Below, one piece after another: positions 1-9,388 of a stretch of 32,881 nucleotides of DNA; the stretch's first letter is position 1, and the number at the start of each line of letters is the position of its first letter. The translations under genes were made by a program, and so were the position numbers. The DNA is taken from the NCBI GenBank assembly GCA_963582255.1, contig CAUZRD010000003.1, positions 1 to 32,881 of the forward strand. Reading direction: 5' to 3'. The notes beneath the pieces were generated by a model. It had not been told where the DNA came from. It saw only the letters and a list, made by a program, of their open reading frames with translations, and did not search any database. Origin of the DNA: Alphaproteobacteria bacterium. GTDB lineage: Bacteria > Pseudomonadota > Alphaproteobacteria > Rhizobiales > TMED25.

Positions 1-832
1 TATTTTCCAAAACACCAACACCACTAACCTCGATTTTCACTTCATCACCCGCTTTCATATAAATTGGTGGATCGTGAAAATCACCAACCCCATCCGGCGT
101 ACCCGTGATGATAACATCGCCCGGCGCTAGAGGGCAGATCTGGGAGATGTATTCGATCAACTCTGGCACTTTAAAGAGAAGGTCGGACACCTCAGTTTTC
201 TGCATAACTTCACCGTTAAAGCGTGTAGTCAGTATCATATCATCTGGTGAGGGGGCTTCATCGGGCGTGACAATCCAGGGGCCGAAACTACCCGAGCGCC
301 AGAATGTCTTGCCGGGTATGAATTGACTCGTATGGCGCTGATAGTCCCTAACCGAACCTTCATTAAAACAGGAATAACCGGCCACCACATCAAATGCTTC
401 AGCGGCAGGCACATAGCGGCAATGTTTGGAAATCACCACGGCCATTTCACCTTCATAGTCAAGGCGCTCCGAGACTCGCGGCACGATGATATCTTGGCGG
501 TGGGCAACCATTGAATCGGGATAACGGGTAAAAAGCATCGGATACTCTGGGATATCACGACCGGATTCGATGATGTGTTTTTTGTAGTTTAGTCCAAGGC
601 CAAAAATTTTAGACGGCATTGGAATTGGCGGCAAATAGGTGACATCTGAGAGGCTTAAATCACCATCACGATTTTCTACAATCTCGAATATATCACCAAG
701 GCCACAACCCCCAATCATATCGGCAAGGGTTGCCCATTGGTCTCCATGGGATCGGCTTAGATCAACAATCCCATCATCCTTGACAACACCAAAGCCACCG
801 CCTTTTGTAGTTTCGAAACTTACAAGTTTCAT
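1..832 (-). CDS. Fumarylacetoacetate hydrolase (FAH) family protein, 3' end runs off the window; absent from the ORF track
   Basis: Manual translation from ATG at 832: MKLVSFETTKGGGFGVVKDDGIVDL...KIFGLGLNYKKH...DYEGEMAV...FNEGSVRDYQRHTSQFIPGKTF...GSFGPW...DVIITGTPDGVG. These are typical FAH-family motifs, and a GGGAG RBS lies upstream. Confidence 0.93.
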   Translation of the reverse strand, partial: MKLVSFETTKGGGFGVVKDDGIVDLSRSHGDQWATLADMIGGCGLGDIFEIVENRDGDLSLSDVTYLPPIPMPSKIFGLGLNYKKHIIESGRDIPEYPMLFTRYPDSMVAHRQDIIVPRVSERLDYEGEMAVVISKHCRYVPAAEAFDVVAGYSCFNEGSVRDYQRHTSQFIPGKTFWRSGSFGPWIVTPDEAPSPDDMILTTRFNGEVMQKTEVSDLLFKVPELIEYISQICPLAPGDVIITGTPDGVGDFHDPPIYMKAGDEVKIEVSGVGVLEN

Positions 833-908
833 ATTTTATCTCCCAACTTCTTTACTTTACCTACCCCAAAACACCACACTCACTAAACGTATAATTTAGC
901 TATTTATT

Positions 909-1703
909 TCAGACAGCATTCCATATGTTGCCCACTTTTTTAATAGCATCACTCCCGTATTTTTTGCGTTCAGCGGCAGTACTATCGCCCCACTCAGCGA
1001 TAGCAGTTTCATATGCCGACCGGGAAGCAATACGTTCGCGCCAAGCACACAAATTTTTAAGATCCAGCCATAGAGGTGCCATTTGAAATGATGCCAGACG
1101 ATCGACATAAACGACAAGAGCAATATCAGCCAACGAATAGGTCTCACCTGCTAGCCAGGGTGAAATAGCTAGCCGAGCATCGATATCACCGAATAGCTTC
1201 TTGAATGTACCGATTGCATCTGCCAACAGCGGGGAACCTAAGCCCTTTTCAATGTTAAGTCGGTCATTATCGCGCCTTACGTGATCACGCATCTTGGTGT
1301 AATATTCATCAAGCTGCTGTTTTGGCTTGGCAAGATAAGCATGACGCGAGACGATACACACGACAATCACCCGGCTTGCGACGTGAACGCCAGAATCAAT
1401 CCGGCGCATCCATTGACGCATCTGGGCGCGCTCGAATGGGTCATCTGGGCGGAGCGGCCGGGTGGGGAAAGAGTCTTCCAAATACTCCAAAATAATTAGA
1501 GATTCGGAGATCGCTCGCTCATTGTGAATGAGCGCCGGAACGAGGCCCAATGGATTGATCTGGTGATAATTTTCAGGCAACTCCGTTGCATCACCGCCAG
1601 CGGTATCGACAATTACATTGTTATAAGAGAGACCCTTCTCATCTAGCGCTAACCTCACACGCTGGCAGGCTGTAGAACGGTCATAGTGGTAAAGCGTCAA
1701 CAT
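909..1703 (-). CDS. Glutathione S-transferase family protein
   Basis: N-terminal LYHYDRSTACQRVRLAL, INPLGLVPAL, ISESLIILEYLE and C-terminal WLAGETYSLADI. Start is ATG 1703 (GTG 1706 is an alternative). Confidence 0.92.
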   Translation of the reverse strand: MLTLYHYDRSTACQRVRLALDEKGLSYNNVIVDTAGGDATELPENYHQINPLGLVPALIHNERAISESLIILEYLEDSFPTRPLRPDDPFERAQMRQWMRRIDSGVHVASRVIVVCIVSRHAYLAKPKQQLDEYYTKMRDHVRRDNDRLNIEKGLGSPLLADAIGTFKKLFGDIDARLAISPWLAGETYSLADIALVVYVDRLASFQMAPLWLDLKNLCAWRERIASRSAYETAIAEWGDSTAAERKKYGSDAIKKVGNIWNAV

Positions 1704-1808
1704 CACATAGGCCCTTTCGGCTACTGACAGATTCCTAGAGAAAAGCAGACTATATTAACCGACAAGGCATTATCGAACCTTGAGAGAAAAAATAATAAGG
1801 AGACCACA

Positions 1809-2348
1809 ATGGTGGCATCGATTAGACGAGTTGTGACTGGTCATGATGCAAACGGCAGGGCAGTAGTTATTGAAGATGCAAATGCCAGTGACGTCCTACA
1901 AAGTAAGGCACGACCAGGTGTTGCACTGACTAATTTATGGACTAGCGAAGTAATGCCGCTTCGATACGATGACAAAGGTGGCGTCCAAAGTAATGATTTT
2001 ATCATGTTTCCCAGCCAAATGGGCACAGTGTTTCGCATCTCATCGTTTGAGCCAGAAAATCAAGATACCGCAAAAACGCTCGATGGCCGCCAATATTTTA
2101 CTGAAACAGGGGCAGGAGAGGTCGCAACCGGAAGTGAGCGTCATGCGTTCATGCATCGCACAGAAACGCTCGACTATGCGATCGTTCTCGAAGGTGAGAT
2201 CATGCTTTTGCTAGATGATGAGGATGTTAAGCTGAAGACTGGTGATGTCATAGTACAGCGGGGGACCAACCATGCCTGGTGCAACCGCGGCACGACTACT
2301 TGCCGCATCGCCTTTATTCTGATCGGAGCCAAAGGTAAGCGTCAATAA
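1809..2348 (+). CDS. Cupin domain protein
   Basis: RRVVTGHDANGRAV N-terminus, MHRTETLDYAIVLEGE and GDVIVQRGTNHAW cupin motifs; AGGAG RBS. Confidence 0.9.
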   Translation: MVASIRRVVTGHDANGRAVVIEDANASDVLQSKARPGVALTNLWTSEVMPLRYDDKGGVQSNDFIMFPSQMGTVFRISSFEPENQDTAKTLDGRQYFTETGAGEVATGSERHAFMHRTETLDYAIVLEGEIMLLLDDEDVKLKTGDVIVQRGTNHAWCNRGTTTCRIAFILIGAKGKRQ

Positions 2349-2471
2349 GCGAAGTTAGCAGGCGAAAAGCCCCACGCAAGCGTTAATTCATTTGGTATCC
2401 AATTATTAAGCAAGCAATCTTTAGATAGCTGTGTGCCTACGCAACCATCGCTTCGCATGCACCAAATCCGA

Positions 2472-3326
2472 TCAGAACGGGGCTTCTTCAGCCTCTATAT
2501 TGATGCGGTGCATACGCCTTCTATGGCCCGCATAATCATCAATTGCATAATGCTGGGTGCAGCGATTATCCCAGATTGCGAGAGAACCGAGTCCCCAAGC
2601 CAATCTGCAGGTGAACTCAGGGCGGATTGCATGATCACGCAGATAGCTCAATATGGGTTGGCTCTCTTCATGACTCAGATCTTCAAAACGGACGATGTGA
2701 CTACTGAAATAAAGTGCTTTTCTGCCAGTATCTGGATGGGTGCGAACAATCGGATGCACATTGCCAGTTGCACCGCCATCATTAGTGCGCTCCATCACCG
2801 AAAGCTCGCTCCAGCGCGCGCGTTGGCGCTCACCTAGATAAACCGCGTTCATGTCATCCAACATATTCTTCATGCCATCCGACAGCATCTCATAGGCCCC
2901 ATAGCCGTCAGAAAACATGGTGTCACCGCCCACTTTCGGCAATTCTAGCGCATAAAGCATTGTTGCTTTCGGCGGGACAGGATTGAAGCTTCCATCTGAA
3001 TGCCAAGCGTTACCGAATGCATAAGTATCTTTTTCAGTCTTCAGTATTTCAAGCACTTCGGGATGAGACTCAAGTCCCTTCATAAACGGGTAAATATTGA
3101 TTGCACCCCACATCTTAGCAAACGCCAGATATTGATCGGTGGTTAACTTCTGATCTCGAATAATAATAACCTGATGATCTGTAAAGGCGCGGTAGATTTT
3201 GCCAAACCCCTCAGAATCTAGCTTGGCTACATTAACTCCGGTGATCTCCGCACCGAGCGATCCAGCGAGCGGCCGCACGGCAAGGCTATCATTATCGACT
3301 TGGGAAACCTGTGCAGTTTGGATCAT
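2472..3326 (-). CDS. TauD/TfdA family Fe(II)/2-oxoglutarate dioxygenase (taurine dioxygenase/alkylsulfatase-like)
   Basis: LGAEITGV, WHSDGSF (HxD), GGDTMF, HPIVRTHPDTGRKALY, WDNRCTQHYA. Confidence 0.92.
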   Translation of the reverse strand: MIQTAQVSQVDNDSLAVRPLAGSLGAEITGVNVAKLDSEGFGKIYRAFTDHQVIIIRDQKLTTDQYLAFAKMWGAINIYPFMKGLESHPEVLEILKTEKDTYAFGNAWHSDGSFNPVPPKATMLYALELPKVGGDTMFSDGYGAYEMLSDGMKNMLDDMNAVYLGERQRARWSELSVMERTNDGGATGNVHPIVRTHPDTGRKALYFSSHIVRFEDLSHEESQPILSYLRDHAIRPEFTCRLAWGLGSLAIWDNRCTQHYAIDDYAGHRRRMHRINIEAEEAPF

Positions 3327-3540
3327 TTTTCTGGTCCTAGGTTATCATCAGCGCATCAACACCCGACGGGTATCTGAGTTATAGTCTAGACAAGACCGTC
3401 ATGAAAACACGAAACATTAAACTTTTTTATGCCGGTTTAGCGCACCACTTTCTCTCATGCATTCACCCAGATTTTTAATGCACTTACCACTACCATCAAC
3501 ATCCGTTCGATCGAGGGCCCACGAGATAAGAAGGGGCTGT

Positions 3541-3614
3541 TGGAGCGGGTGAAGGGAATCGAACCCTCATCTTCAGCTTGGGAAGCTGCGACTCTACCAT
3601 TGAGCTACACCCGC
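3541..3614 (-). tRNA. tRNA-Gly (anticodon CCC)
   Basis: Reverse complement is GCGGGTGTAGCTCAATGGTAGAGTCGCAGCTTCCCAAGCTGAAGATGAGGGTTCGATTCCCTTCACCCGCTCCA: cloverleaf, GTTCGA T-loop, encoded CCA. Confidence 0.97.
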
Positions 3615-3628
3615 ATCACCACAGCGCT

Positions 3629-3657
3629 AATCTACGTCTCCTCCTCCACACTGCCAA
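3629..3657 (-). promoter_or_regulatory. Putative sigma70 promoter for tRNA-Gly
   Basis: Minus-strand TTGGCA-N17-TAGATT followed by GC-rich AGCGCTG, just upstream of the tRNA 5' end. Confidence 0.5.
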
Positions 3658-3712
3658 GTGCACACATTTGCGTCAACGACTAGCGCCGCGTGGCTCTAGC
3701 AGTTAAGAAACT

Positions 3713-4747
3713 GTGGTAATCACAAATGACATTGCCAATACAATTATGAGAAAAATACTTATTGATCAGCACACCAACATTCCCCTTGGCACTCATAAAT
3801 TCCAGAACCCGCGATTGACTGCCGGTGGCGCGATGCGGGCTTCGGTAAAGCTTGATCGGCTGGAAACGATTTGGTTCAATACCGGCACCCAGTGCAACAT
3901 CGAATGCGTTAACTGCTATATACAATCCAGCCCGACAAACGACAGGCTTTCCTATTTGACTCTTGATGAAGTGCGCAAGCTTCTCGATGAGGTTGCCTCG
4001 CTACAACTGGCAACACGCGAGATTGCGTTTACCGGCGGTGAGCCGTTCATGAATCCGCATTTTATGGACATGGTCTATCTAGCGCTATCCCGAGGATTTG
4101 AGGTGCTTGTTCTGACCAATGCCATGCAGCCACTACAGCGCCCGAAAGTCCAAAAAGATCTGCTTGCCGCAGCAGCAAAATTTGGCCACCATTTGACCAT
4201 TCGCGTCAGCCTCGACCATTATCTTAAGGACCAGCATGAGACCGAGCGCGGCGTTGGAAGTTATGAAGTTACTCTTACTGGCATCGACTGGCTGTCGCGG
4301 CATGGTTTCCAGATCCATCTAGCCGGGCGCAACTGCTGGAGCGAGGATGAAGCGGAACTGCGAGCGGGTTACCGCGCATTAGTTAGCCAGCGGGGCTGGT
4401 GTGTCGATACAGAAAACCCAGCAGAGCTGGTAATTTTTCCTGAATTGGATGAGCAATACGACGTTCCGGAAATTACCACTGAGTGCTGGTCTTCACTCGG
4501 AATAGACCCGAGTTCGATGATGTGCGCGACTAGCCGAATGGTAGTTAAACGCCGCGGCGATGATGTCCCACAAATTACACCCTGCACCCTGTTGCCCTAT
4601 GATAAGCAGTTCAACATGGGCACAACTCTCAAAGAATCCCTGACTACCACGCAAGGAGCAATCGAAAACGGCAGTGTGCGGCTTAATCATCCCCATTGCG
4701 CTAAATTTTGCGTGCTTGGTGGCGGCTCGTGTTCAGTTGAGGGTTAG
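3713..4747 (+). CDS. Radical SAM protein with Cys-rich C-terminus, function unknown (start may be ATG 3747 region or nearby; uncertain)
   Basis: CxxxCxxC motif (CNIECVNC), FTGGEPF, VLTNA, and C-terminal HPHCAKFCVLGGGSCS. Confidence 0.9.
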   Translation: MVITNDIANTIMRKILIDQHTNIPLGTHKFQNPRLTAGGAMRASVKLDRLETIWFNTGTQCNIECVNCYIQSSPTNDRLSYLTLDEVRKLLDEVASLQLATREIAFTGGEPFMNPHFMDMVYLALSRGFEVLVLTNAMQPLQRPKVQKDLLAAAAKFGHHLTIRVSLDHYLKDQHETERGVGSYEVTLTGIDWLSRHGFQIHLAGRNCWSEDEAELRAGYRALVSQRGWCVDTENPAELVIFPELDEQYDVPEITTECWSSLGIDPSSMMCATSRMVVKRRGDDVPQITPCTLLPYDKQFNMGTTLKESLTTTQGAIENGSVRLNHPHCAKFCVLGGGSCSVEG

Positions 4748-4756
4748 CCAAACCGA

Positions 4757-5911
4757 TCAGCCAGCGCGAAAATGCTTTGAAAGTTTTAGTCCCTGGGCCT
4801 GATAGTGTGATCCCATCCCCGCACCATAGGTGCGCGAGGGCGGTTCAATCAATAGTTCATAGCGTAAGCGCCCGATCGGCTGCTTGTTCTCCAGCACGAA
4901 TGGCACTTCGTGGCTACGAACTTCCAATACAGCTCGGCTTCCTGCCCCGCCAGAGGGAGAGTAACCAAATCCAGGATCAAAAAATCCAGCGTAGTGCACT
5001 CTAAATTCACCCATCGTTGGATCGATTGGTACCATTTCAGCAGCATGATCAGGTGGAATCTGGATCGCTTCGCTTGAGCGCAAGATATAAAACTCGTTCG
5101 GATCTAAGATGATCTGGCCTAATTTTGGCTTGTAGATAGGCTCCCAATAATCATCGACTTCCAAACTGTCCGGACGATCAAAATCAATCGGCGGCGCATA
5201 ACGGCGGGCTCGAAAGCCGACCCGTCCATCGCGGTCTGCATCACCAATGGAAACACTCAAGACCAGCCCATCGCGCACATGCATCTTACCATCCACGAGC
5301 CCGACGCCAAATTTATCTACCAGTTTTTTGTGGAGTGCGCGCAGATCGGCATCGTTCAAGAAGCTCCCCGATGAAAAATTATGCGAGGCACTGTGCTGCC
5401 TAAATCGCATTTGGAGAAGACGCGTTCCGGTGCGCAGCTTAACCGAGAAAGTACGTGGAGAGACCTCCGCATAAAGTGGCCCAGAAAATCCAGCTTCTAC
5501 CGCATCAAATCCATCAGTCCCATCGGCAATCAAGCGGGTGAATATATCGAGCCGGCCAGTCGAACTTTTAGGATTGGCGGAGGCTGACACATTATCCGGC
5601 AGATTTAGTCTTTCGATAATGGGGATAAGATAAACACAACCCTTCTCCAGCACAGCACCATCGGTAAGATCAAATTCATGGTCTGCAAGCGTCTCAAGTC
5701 GTGCCTGGACACTACGCCCACGTCCTGGGAGAAAGCTGCCTCTTATACGATAGGCACTCGTACCTAGCCTGAGATCAAGGCTAGCAGGCTGCACCTGTTC
5801 GTCCAAGAACGGACGCTCGGCGGCAGTGATGATCCCCTGCGAGATGAACTCGTCGATCATGCTATCTGGAACCAATGCGGCGCCAGGACTAATGGTGGTA
5901 TGAGAAGACAT
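4757..5911 (-). CDS. dcd: dCTP deaminase, long alphaproteobacterial type
   Basis: QPASLDLRLG, ANPKSSTGRLDIFTR, RVHYAGFFDPGFG, SHYQAQGLKLSKHF. Confidence 0.92.
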   Translation of the reverse strand: MSSHTTISPGAALVPDSMIDEFISQGIITAAERPFLDEQVQPASLDLRLGTSAYRIRGSFLPGRGRSVQARLETLADHEFDLTDGAVLEKGCVYLIPIIERLNLPDNVSASANPKSSTGRLDIFTRLIADGTDGFDAVEAGFSGPLYAEVSPRTFSVKLRTGTRLLQMRFRQHSASHNFSSGSFLNDADLRALHKKLVDKFGVGLVDGKMHVRDGLVLSVSIGDADRDGRVGFRARRYAPPIDFDRPDSLEVDDYWEPIYKPKLGQIILDPNEFYILRSSEAIQIPPDHAAEMVPIDPTMGEFRVHYAGFFDPGFGYSPSGGAGSRAVLEVRSHEVPFVLENKQPIGRLRYELLIEPPSRTYGAGMGSHYQAQGLKLSKHFRAG

Positions 5912-6016
5912 GCACTATCTAAAGTGACGGTTGATAGCCCTTGCGTCAATCTTTGAAAGGGCACCATTAGTGATGGTCCCCAAGCAAGTGTATTCACCTG
6001 TGGAAAGACTGCTAGC

Positions 6017-6046
6017 TTGACGCCCCGATGGGAGTAAAGATATAAT
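6017..6046 (+). promoter_or_regulatory. Sigma70 promoter for the riboswitch-metZ transcript
   Basis: TTGACG (6017-6022), N18 spacer, TATAAT (6041-6046), directly upstream of the riboswitch. Confidence 0.7.
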
Positions 6047-6054
6047 TTTTACAA

Positions 6055-6115
6055 TTGTGGTCATTTGAGCCGGCCGGCTTGCAGCCACGTAAAATAAGTT
6101 GCTAAAAGGTCGGGT
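6055..6115 (+). ncRNA. SAM-II (SAM_alpha) riboswitch
   Basis: TGTGGTCATTTGAGCCGGCCGGCTTGCAGCCACGTAAAATAAGTTGCTAAAAGGTCGG resembles the SAM-II consensus. P1 is TGTGGT/GCCACG and the pseudoknot is CCGGCC/GGTCGG. It lies upstream of a methionine biosynthesis gene. Confidence 0.9.
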
Positions 6116-6121
6116 GATATG

Positions 6122-6147
6122 AACCCGGCAGTTGGCCGGGTTTTTTT
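6122..6147 (+). terminator. Intrinsic terminator forming the riboswitch expression platform
   Basis: AACCCGGC-AGTTG-GCCGGGTT stem running into a T7 tract, located in the metZ leader. Confidence 0.8.
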
Positions 6148-6197
6148 ATGGCCGACCCATGTTCGAAGCAACAAAGCTTATGCTGGGAGAAGTAAGG

Positions 6198-7397
6198 ATG
6201 GGAACGAGACCGAGGGATAACAAAGCATGGTGTGCCGCCACAAGAATGGTACATGCAGGCGGGCGTCGTTCACAATATGGAGAAACTTCCGAGGCATTAT
6301 TTTTAACCTCTGGGTTTGTTTATAATGGACCCGCCGAAGCCGAGGCGCGCTTTAAGGGAGAGGCTGATGGATTTATTTATTCGCGCTACGCAAATCCCAC
6401 ATTATCAACACTCGAAGATCGCCTGACTGCGCTTGAGGGTGCGGAGGCGGCCCGCCTGACAGCAAGCGGAATGGCCGCGGTCGCAGCATCTATTTTCTCC
6501 AACCTAAAAGCTGGAGACCATATTGTTGCCGGCGATGCCCTATTTGGCTCCTCACTCTACATTTTGGAGGAGTTAATTCCAAGGTTTGGCATGAGCGCAA
6601 CCATGGTGCGATGCACGAACAATCAAGCTTGGGAAGAGGCAATCCGCCCGGAAACCAAGATGCTGTTTTTTGAAACACCAACCAATCCAACTCTGGAAAT
6701 CGTCGATATGGATTTTGTTGGTAAATTAGGTGCCAAGATCGGCGCTACAGTGGTAGTCGATAATGTATTTTCCACACCATTTCGCCAACGCCCTATGAAA
6801 TACGGAGCAGACATTGTAGTCTATTCAGCGACCAAACATATTGATGGCCAAGGCCGGTGTCTGGGCGGTGCTATATTAGGCCAGGCGGACTATATCGAAG
6901 GGCCGCTGCACAATTATCTTAAACATACCGGTCCAGCCCTAAGCCCCTTTAATGCCTGGGTGATGCTAAAGGGCCTAGAAACCTTACAAGTACGCAGCGA
7001 CCGGCACATTGAGAGCGCCGCCATAATTGCCGATTATCTGGCCAATCGCACAGACGTTGCCAGGGTATATTATCCCGGCCGCATTGATCATCCTCAGCAT
7101 GAGATTGCCCAGCGTCAGATGGACGGCGGCGGACCACTAATTGCATTTGATTTCGGCGGTGGCAAGGAACCCGCATTTAAATTCCTAGACAATCTAAAAC
7201 TCATTCTAATTTCAAATAATTTGGGCGATTCCAAAAGTCTTATCACCCATCCCGCCACCACGACACATCTGCGGGTTGCACCTGAGCAAAGGGCCATTTT
7301 GGGGATCAGCGAAGGGCTAGTTAGATTGTCAGTAGGGCTGGAGGATCCCCACGATATTATTCAAGATTTGGAACAAGCGCTCAACTCTGTGGACTGA
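6198..7397 (+). CDS. metZ: O-succinylhomoserine sulfhydrylase
   Basis: Cys/Met PLP enzyme motifs GETSEALFLTSGF, YSRYANPT, SATKHIDGQGR, SNNLGDSKSLITHPATTTH. Start moved to ATG 6198, downstream of the terminator. Confidence 0.93.
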   Translation: MGTRPRDNKAWCAATRMVHAGGRRSQYGETSEALFLTSGFVYNGPAEAEARFKGEADGFIYSRYANPTLSTLEDRLTALEGAEAARLTASGMAAVAASIFSNLKAGDHIVAGDALFGSSLYILEELIPRFGMSATMVRCTNNQAWEEAIRPETKMLFFETPTNPTLEIVDMDFVGKLGAKIGATVVVDNVFSTPFRQRPMKYGADIVVYSATKHIDGQGRCLGGAILGQADYIEGPLHNYLKHTGPALSPFNAWVMLKGLETLQVRSDRHIESAAIIADYLANRTDVARVYYPGRIDHPQHEIAQRQMDGGGPLIAFDFGGGKEPAFKFLDNLKLILISNNLGDSKSLITHPATTTHLRVAPEQRAILGISEGLVRLSVGLEDPHDIIQDLEQALNSVD

Positions 7398-7477
7398 TGG
7401 TCCACATTCCCCTAGCCGGGGTGGGCGGGCTTGGCTAAAGTATAACAATTATAAGGCCAGCGTATGTGGGAGATGGG

Positions 7478-7870
7478 ATGTATAAAAACATAGATAGATC
7501 TATTACAGTAAATGTTGAACCCATCTATCTAGAAGATGAATCGGAACCTGATCGGGACTATTTCCTGTGGGCTTATACAATCAACATCGAAAATCTGGGT
7601 GCAGATGTGATCTGCCTGCGCTCGAGGCATTGGCGGATAACCGATCGGAATGGTCAAGTTCAGGAAGTGCGCGGTGACGGAGTGGTCGGCGAACAGCCGG
7701 TCCTCAATCCCGGTGAAAGTTTCGAATACACCAGCGGCGTACCGCTCACAACACCATCCGGGATCATGGTGGGTGCCTATGTCATGGAGACAGCGGCGGG
7801 TGATAGTTTTACCGTCGACATTCCCGCGTTTTCTCTCGACAGCCCCTTTGATAGTCACCGAGTTCACTAA
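7478..7870 (+). CDS. apaG: ApaG domain protein
   Basis: AYTINIEN, RHWRITD, VRGDGVVGEQP, FEYTSG, IPAFSLDSP. Confidence 0.93.
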   Translation: MYKNIDRSITVNVEPIYLEDESEPDRDYFLWAYTINIENLGADVICLRSRHWRITDRNGQVQEVRGDGVVGEQPVLNPGESFEYTSGVPLTTPSGIMVGAYVMETAAGDSFTVDIPAFSLDSPFDSHRVH

Positions 7871-7888
7871 CCAGCTACATCAGTTTTC

Positions 7889-9340
7889 ATGATGATAGAT
7901 CTGCGTCCCATTGCGCTGGTCATCGGCATTCTGCTGGTTACCCTTGGCGCAATGATGTTTATCCCAGCATTGATTGACCTTGCTCTTGGTATTCCAGACT
8001 GGACGGTTTTTACCGCGTCAGCTGTCATAACCCTGTTTGTAGGCGGCGCAATGGCGCTATCCAACTGGGGACGAACATCCAATCTGTCGATCCGTGGGGC
8101 GTTTTTGCTTACAACCCTCGCTTGGATGGTGCTAGCGCTGTTTGCTGCGCTGCCACTCTACTTTTCCGATGTCAATTTGAGCTTCGTCGATGCCTTTTTC
8201 GAATCGATGTCAGGGATCACCACCACCGGCGCTACGGTCATTATCGGACTGGATGTGATGTCGCGCGGATTTTTAGTGTGGCGAGCCTTGCTTCAATGGC
8301 TGGGCGGGATTGGCATCATCGTGATGGCGGTCTCCGTACTTCCAATGCTGCAAGTTGGAGGTATGCAGCTTTTTCGGATGGAATCTTCCGATACTTCAGA
8401 AAAAATTCTTCCCAGAGCCACCAAAATTGCCGGTTCAGTCACCGGTCTTTATTTGCTTTTGACAACGATTTGCGCGATTGCCTACAAAATTGCGGGGATG
8501 ACAACATTCGATGCATTCGTACATGCCATGACAACAATCTCGACTGGTGGTTATTCAAGTCACGATGGATCATTCGCTTTTTTCAATACGCCATCAATCG
8601 AAATTGTGGCGATCATCTTCATGGTGGCAGGCAGTCTGCCGTTCATTCTTTTTTTGCAATTAATAGCGGGGCAAGCATCGCCGCTTTTTCGTGATTCTCA
8701 AGTGCGTTGGTTCTTCACAGCGGTGACTGTGCTGATTGGCTCGGCATTCTTATACAAATGGGGCACTCTGGGCACACCGATTGGCGATGCATTCAGGGAA
8801 AGCGCATTTAACGTCGTCTCAATCATGACAGGGACCGGCTATGTTAGTTCAGACTACAGTACCTGGGGACCATTCGCGGTAACCTTCTTCTTTTTCATCA
8901 TGTTTATCGGCGGGTGCGCCGGATCAACTTCATGCGGCATCAAGGTGTTCCGGTTCCAGGTTCTGTTCCAGCATATGCAGGTTCAGCTATCACGTGTCAG
9001 CTACCCACACGGAGTATTTACGCCGCGCTATAATGGCCGCCCAATTCCAGGGCAGGCATCTCGTTCGGTAATGTCTTTCTTTTTACTGTTTTTTTTGTGT
9101 TTCGCCGCACTGGCTCTTGCTCTTGGGATAATCGGACTTGATAGCACAACCGCCCTATCAGCCGCAGCAAGTGCACTCGCGAATGTGGGGCCTGGACTTG
9201 GTGAGATCGTTGGCCCGACCGGCAGCTATGCACCTCTTCCCGATGCCGCAAAATGGATCTTGTGCTTAGGGATGCTGCTCGGCCGACTCGAGCTTTTTAC
9301 AGTACTTGTTCTGTTCACTCCAGCATTCTGGAGAATTTGA
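7889..9340 (+). CDS. trkH: Trk system potassium uptake membrane protein
   Basis: FFESMSGITTTGAT, LQWLGGIGI, IGGCAGSTSCGIK, MLLGRLE; multi-pass hydrophobic protein. Confidence 0.95.
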   Translation: MMIDLRPIALVIGILLVTLGAMMFIPALIDLALGIPDWTVFTASAVITLFVGGAMALSNWGRTSNLSIRGAFLLTTLAWMVLALFAALPLYFSDVNLSFVDAFFESMSGITTTGATVIIGLDVMSRGFLVWRALLQWLGGIGIIVMAVSVLPMLQVGGMQLFRMESSDTSEKILPRATKIAGSVTGLYLLLTTICAIAYKIAGMTTFDAFVHAMTTISTGGYSSHDGSFAFFNTPSIEIVAIIFMVAGSLPFILFLQLIAGQASPLFRDSQVRWFFTAVTVLIGSAFLYKWGTLGTPIGDAFRESAFNVVSIMTGTGYVSSDYSTWGPFAVTFFFFIMFIGGCAGSTSCGIKVFRFQVLFQHMQVQLSRVSYPHGVFTPRYNGRPIPGQASRSVMSFFLLFFLCFAALALALGIIGLDSTTALSAAASALANVGPGLGEIVGPTGSYAPLPDAAKWILCLGMLLGRLELFTVLVLFTPAFWRI

Positions 9341-9388
9341 CCTAATATGTCACCTATTCGATCAGACCCTATAGCGGTACAGTAAGGC

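Noticed and set aside
6132-6197. N-terminal extension of metZ in the ORF track
   Set aside because: It begins inside the riboswitch terminator; ATG 6198 has a purine-rich RBS region and gives a typical length.
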